Part shown: positions 60,476-64,000 of the stretch, piece after piece
Position numbering within the stretch: the stretch's first letter is position 1
Layout of the letters: each line of letters opens with the position of its first letter
Source: Octopus vulgaris
Taxonomy: Eukaryota
Length of the DNA: 64,000 nucleotides
Direction of reading: 5' to 3'
Assembly (NCBI GenBank): GCA_951406725.2
Contig: OX597841.1
Span: forward strand, 3,038,001 to 3,102,000
Program-made: the position numbers and the translations under genes
The notes under the pieces: generated by a model
What the model saw: the letters and a program-made list of their open reading frames with translations, nothing else
Database searches by the model: none
Told to the model about the DNA's origin: nothing

Positions 60476-62584
60476 ACGGATTTGGTAGACGGAAACTGAA
60501 AGAAGCCCGTCGTATATATGTATATATATGTGTGTGTGTGTATTTGTGTGTCTGTGTTTGTCACCCCAACATCGCTTGACAACCGATGCTGGTGTGATTA
60601 CATCCTCGTAACTTAGCGGTTCGGCAAAAGAGACCGATAGAACAAATACTAGGTTTAAAAAGAATAAGTCCTGGGGTCGATTTGCTCGATTAAAGGCAGT
60701 GCTCCAGCATGGCCGCAGTCAAATGACTGAAACAAGTAAAAGAGAAAAAAAAGAAAAATACATATATATATTTATGTCGTATATATGTATATATATGTGT
60801 GTGTGTGTCTGTGTTTGTCACCCCAACATCGCTTGACAACCGATGCTGGTGTGTTTACATCCTCGTAACTTAGCGGTTCGGCAAAAGAGACCAATAGAAC
60901 AAATACTAGGCTTAAAAAGAATAAGTCCAGGGGTCGATTTGCTCGATTAAAGGCAGTGCTCCAGCATGGCCACAGTCAAATGACTGAAACAAGTAAAAGA
61001 GTAAAAGTGTAATTCCTCATCTCTTAAATATAGAACTGTATAATTAATCCGTTCCAGCCTGCCAAAACTACTCAAAAATAATTATATATAAGAACTAAGG
61101 ATTCTCCGCTCTAACCATGTTCTCTACCCATTCTGATCAAATTGTCCTTGTGTTGACGTGTACCTCCTTACGACAATGTAAACTTAATAAAAAAATACCC
61201 TTGGCCTAAAGTGTAGCCTGCATTATATACACCTTGCTTGGATATCTACCACTTCCGATGTTCTGCTCACTATGAAAGATATATAGTCCGGATATTATCT
61301 ACTCCATTCCTTTAATCTTGTGTGTGTGTATGTATTGTACATGTATGAGTGTGTGTGTGTGTGTGTATAATCATAATGTTTCGATTCTAGTTGAAATTTT
61401 CTTTCTTTTATCAGACGGTGGGGCGATGAAACATTCCAGTATCTGCTCAACCTTCACGAATCGCCAATGGCCTCTGAGCTTGGCATCCAACTTGTCTCCG
61501 GTTATCATCTCAATAGCAGACAGGTAAAAATACTTGTTCTCTCTGACCCATATTTCTGGAGAGGTGGTTCTATGAAAACCAGATGTAGTGAGAGAATATA
61601 GAAGAGGAGGAAATATTTCAAAGACAAAGACAGTGATGTCGAGTAAAACTAAACACCCGACGATACCTAACTTTGTCCATTTATGGTATGCCGGTCGATT
61701 CAACTGACTGCATCCTCTCAGACAAACTTGTAGTTTTGCATCATCATCATCATCATCATTTAGCGTCCGTTTTCCATGCTAGCATGGGTTGGACGGTTCA
61801 ACTGGGGTCTGTGAAGCCGGAAGGCTTCATCAGGCCCAGTCAGATTTGGCAGCGTTTCTACGGCTGGATGCCCTTCCTAACGCCAACCACTCCGTGAGTA
61901 TAGTGGGTGATTTTTACGTGCCACCTGCACAGGTGCCAGACAGAGCTGGCAAACGGCCACGAACGGATGGTGTTTTGATGTGCCACCGGCACGGGGGCCA
62001 GGCGAGGCTGGCAACGGACACGAATGGATGGTGCTTTTACGTGCTACCGGCACGAGGGCCAGACGAGGCTGGCAAACGGCCACGAACGGATGGTGCTTTT
62101 ACGTGCCACCGGCACGAGGGCCAGACGAGGCTGGCAACGGACACGAGCGGATGGTGCTTTTACGTGCCGTGATAAATGGTTGTCACTCACAATTTTATTA
62201 AAAGAGGTCTATTTTGAATACACTTCACCCTTCCCCTTTCAAGGTCATTACCCAATTGTCCTTCTGCTCGATATAAGGATACATAGAGGGAGAGAGTTAG
62301 ACTTAGCTGCCTTAACTATTTCAGGAGTGGAGATGCGCATGCGCATGGAGCAGACCTCCGCTTCACATTGAAATCAGTTATAGTTACTGTTGTAACCAAC
62401 CAAGCAGTCGAAAACCTGCATTTGGTCACTGATGATGTGTAGCATTTATCTGTGACCAATGAACTGAGCTTTCGAAGATTCCAGTTGACCAAGATCTAAA
62501 TAAGTATAGAGTTACAAATTTTATATATTCATCACTGTGAGTAACGGCAGGACAAGGGTAGCTGGCGAGTAAAAGGAAGCTTAA

Positions 62585-62805
62585 CCCTTTCGTGACCAAC
62601 CCGGCTGAAACCGGCTCTGGCTTTGTAGTACAAATGTCTTGTTTTCATAAATTTTGAATTAAAATTTTCCACCAAACCTTAGTCACAATTTATGTTCCTA
62701 ACACTAGCTTAATGATAACGAAGTCATTTTACTAAATTCTTTGTTACATCTAAAATAATTGAAAGAAACACAGAGCATCTTAAAATAAATACAGTAACGA
62801 AATGG
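62585..62805. mobile_element. piggyBac-like MITE (48510 family)
   Basis: TTAA flanks, CCCTTT terminus. Confidence 0.85.
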
Positions 62806-63327
62806 TTAAATACTGAAGCAGAAAATGCTAATTATAGTAGACCAGTTACTTCTCTCTCTCACTCTCTTCCTCCCCTCTTCTCACTCATAATTTGAGAGAG
62901 AGTCTCTCAGTTTACGAGAGCCAGAGCTGAGCACCAGTTTTTCAAATCAAACAGATACTTTTTTAGATTCTTTCTTGTTACTAATTACTTTTAATACTTT
63001 TGTTGTTTAATTGCTCCTGATTTTTAGGCGACTGATTAGCGTGCCCTCAGACTGTATGGACTTGGTTTTCATACGGTTGCTCTTCGGGACAACCACTTAG
63101 CCCCTGAAATCCAGTTCATCCACCTTGGTCTACGAAAGATGATTGGACCCACATAGAGGAGAGCATGAGGGAATGGAGCAAATGCTGGGGTCAGCAGAGC
63201 CAACTCGGCACCAGACAGCCTTGTTGATACAGGTGATCCAGGTGACTGTTGTCGTTGTTACTAGTTCAATATTTCTTTTACTACAATTCGCTTTTAATAT
63301 TTTTGTTCTTGTTATTATTCTTACTAG

Positions 63328-63407
63328 GTCAATCCTATCTGGAAAGACACGGTCTTCAATTTACGGGATCTGACTCCAGAAGAGAATAAACTATTTCCAA
63401 ATTACAC
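63328..63407 (+). CDS. DAO/DDO family internal exon
   Basis: AG/GTAAGT-bounded 80 nt; VNPIWKDTVFNLRDLTPEENKLFPNY resembles DAO P.WKDTVLGFR.LTP.E...FP.Y. Confidence 0.8.
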
Positions 63408-63594
63408 GTAAGTCAAAATTACGCCAGTTATTATCATTAAAATTACTTTTACTATTAATCTACATCTTTGTTACAGTCACTTGCTGAGACACACCCAGCG
63501 TTCAGGGACGAGTGAAGGATAAGAGATGTTACAATATGACTGAAAGCTTGGGGAGGGGAGGTAGTGAAATATCTTCATGTAATACAACACAGAC

Positions 63595-63946
63595 ATTTAA
63601 ATGGATAGAGTTTTTCTAAGGATGTGGGCAGTACTTGTCAGCACAATCTTTTGGATTTCTCTGAGACATGGTTCTCCTGGGATGTTATCTAGATGTTTCT
63701 GACATCCATTTTTTTTCTATCATACCTAGGGCACTTACAACAACAGGAACGGTTCTCGTTTTAAGATACCATATCTTCTGTATTTCAATTTTCAGGTCCT
63801 TATATTTACCTAGTTTGTCAAATTCCTTGACAAAAATACTTTTATCAGTGAGAACACTTACACCTATTAGTTTACAGGTATTTTCTTCCTTGTCTTTAAT
63901 AATTATGTCTGGTCAATTAGCCTGGATTGCTCTGTCAGTGTTGACT
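63595..63946 (-). mobile_element. R4/Dong-like LINE 3' fragment (restriction-like endonuclease domain)
   Basis: PDIIIKDK....C.LI..S.....KE.DKL.KYKDL..EI..IW..VPVVV.ALG and TAHILRK; abuts an (ATT)n tract. Confidence 0.75.
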
Positions 63947-64000
63947 GATTATTATTATTATTATTATTGAGTGAGAGAGCAGTGCATGCCATCAAAGCCC

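Noticed and set aside
61375-61420. Minus-strand CTGATAA..CGAAAC motif
   Set aside because: Core mutated and helix II does not pair

Overview
Eukaryotic, AT-rich, repeat-dense animal DNA, most likely a coleoid cephalopod (Octopus-like). This is inferred from the tandem C2H2 zinc-finger expansion and the tRNA-SINE families; no database search was run. Positions 1.6-57 kb hold a head-to-tail cluster of eight paralogous minus-strand C2H2 zinc-finger genes (8-21 fingers, no KRAB/BTB/ZAD domain, four disrupted by small deletions). Each is built from the same cassette: SINE stack, NRF1-type palindrome (usually with an ETS site), short non-coding exon, intron with a ~52-bp VNTR, and one coding exon. 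A D-amino-acid/D-aspartate oxidase family gene starts at ~60.1 kb on +. Interspersed are LINE remnants (Tx1/L1-like, RTE, CR1, R4/Dong), several tRNA-SINE families, piggyBac-, hAT- and long-TIR MITEs, and hAT, Merlin and Helitron fragments. The most notable unannotated signals are (i) several type I hammerhead ribozyme folds, some sense to the host genes; (ii) a full-length 5S rRNA copy fused to a SINE-type 3' tail (candidate SINE3); (iii) a Tx1-like LINE and a SINE that share a 3' tail and appear to insert into the same region of the SINE's own tRNA head, building nested stacks upstream of ZNF promoters.
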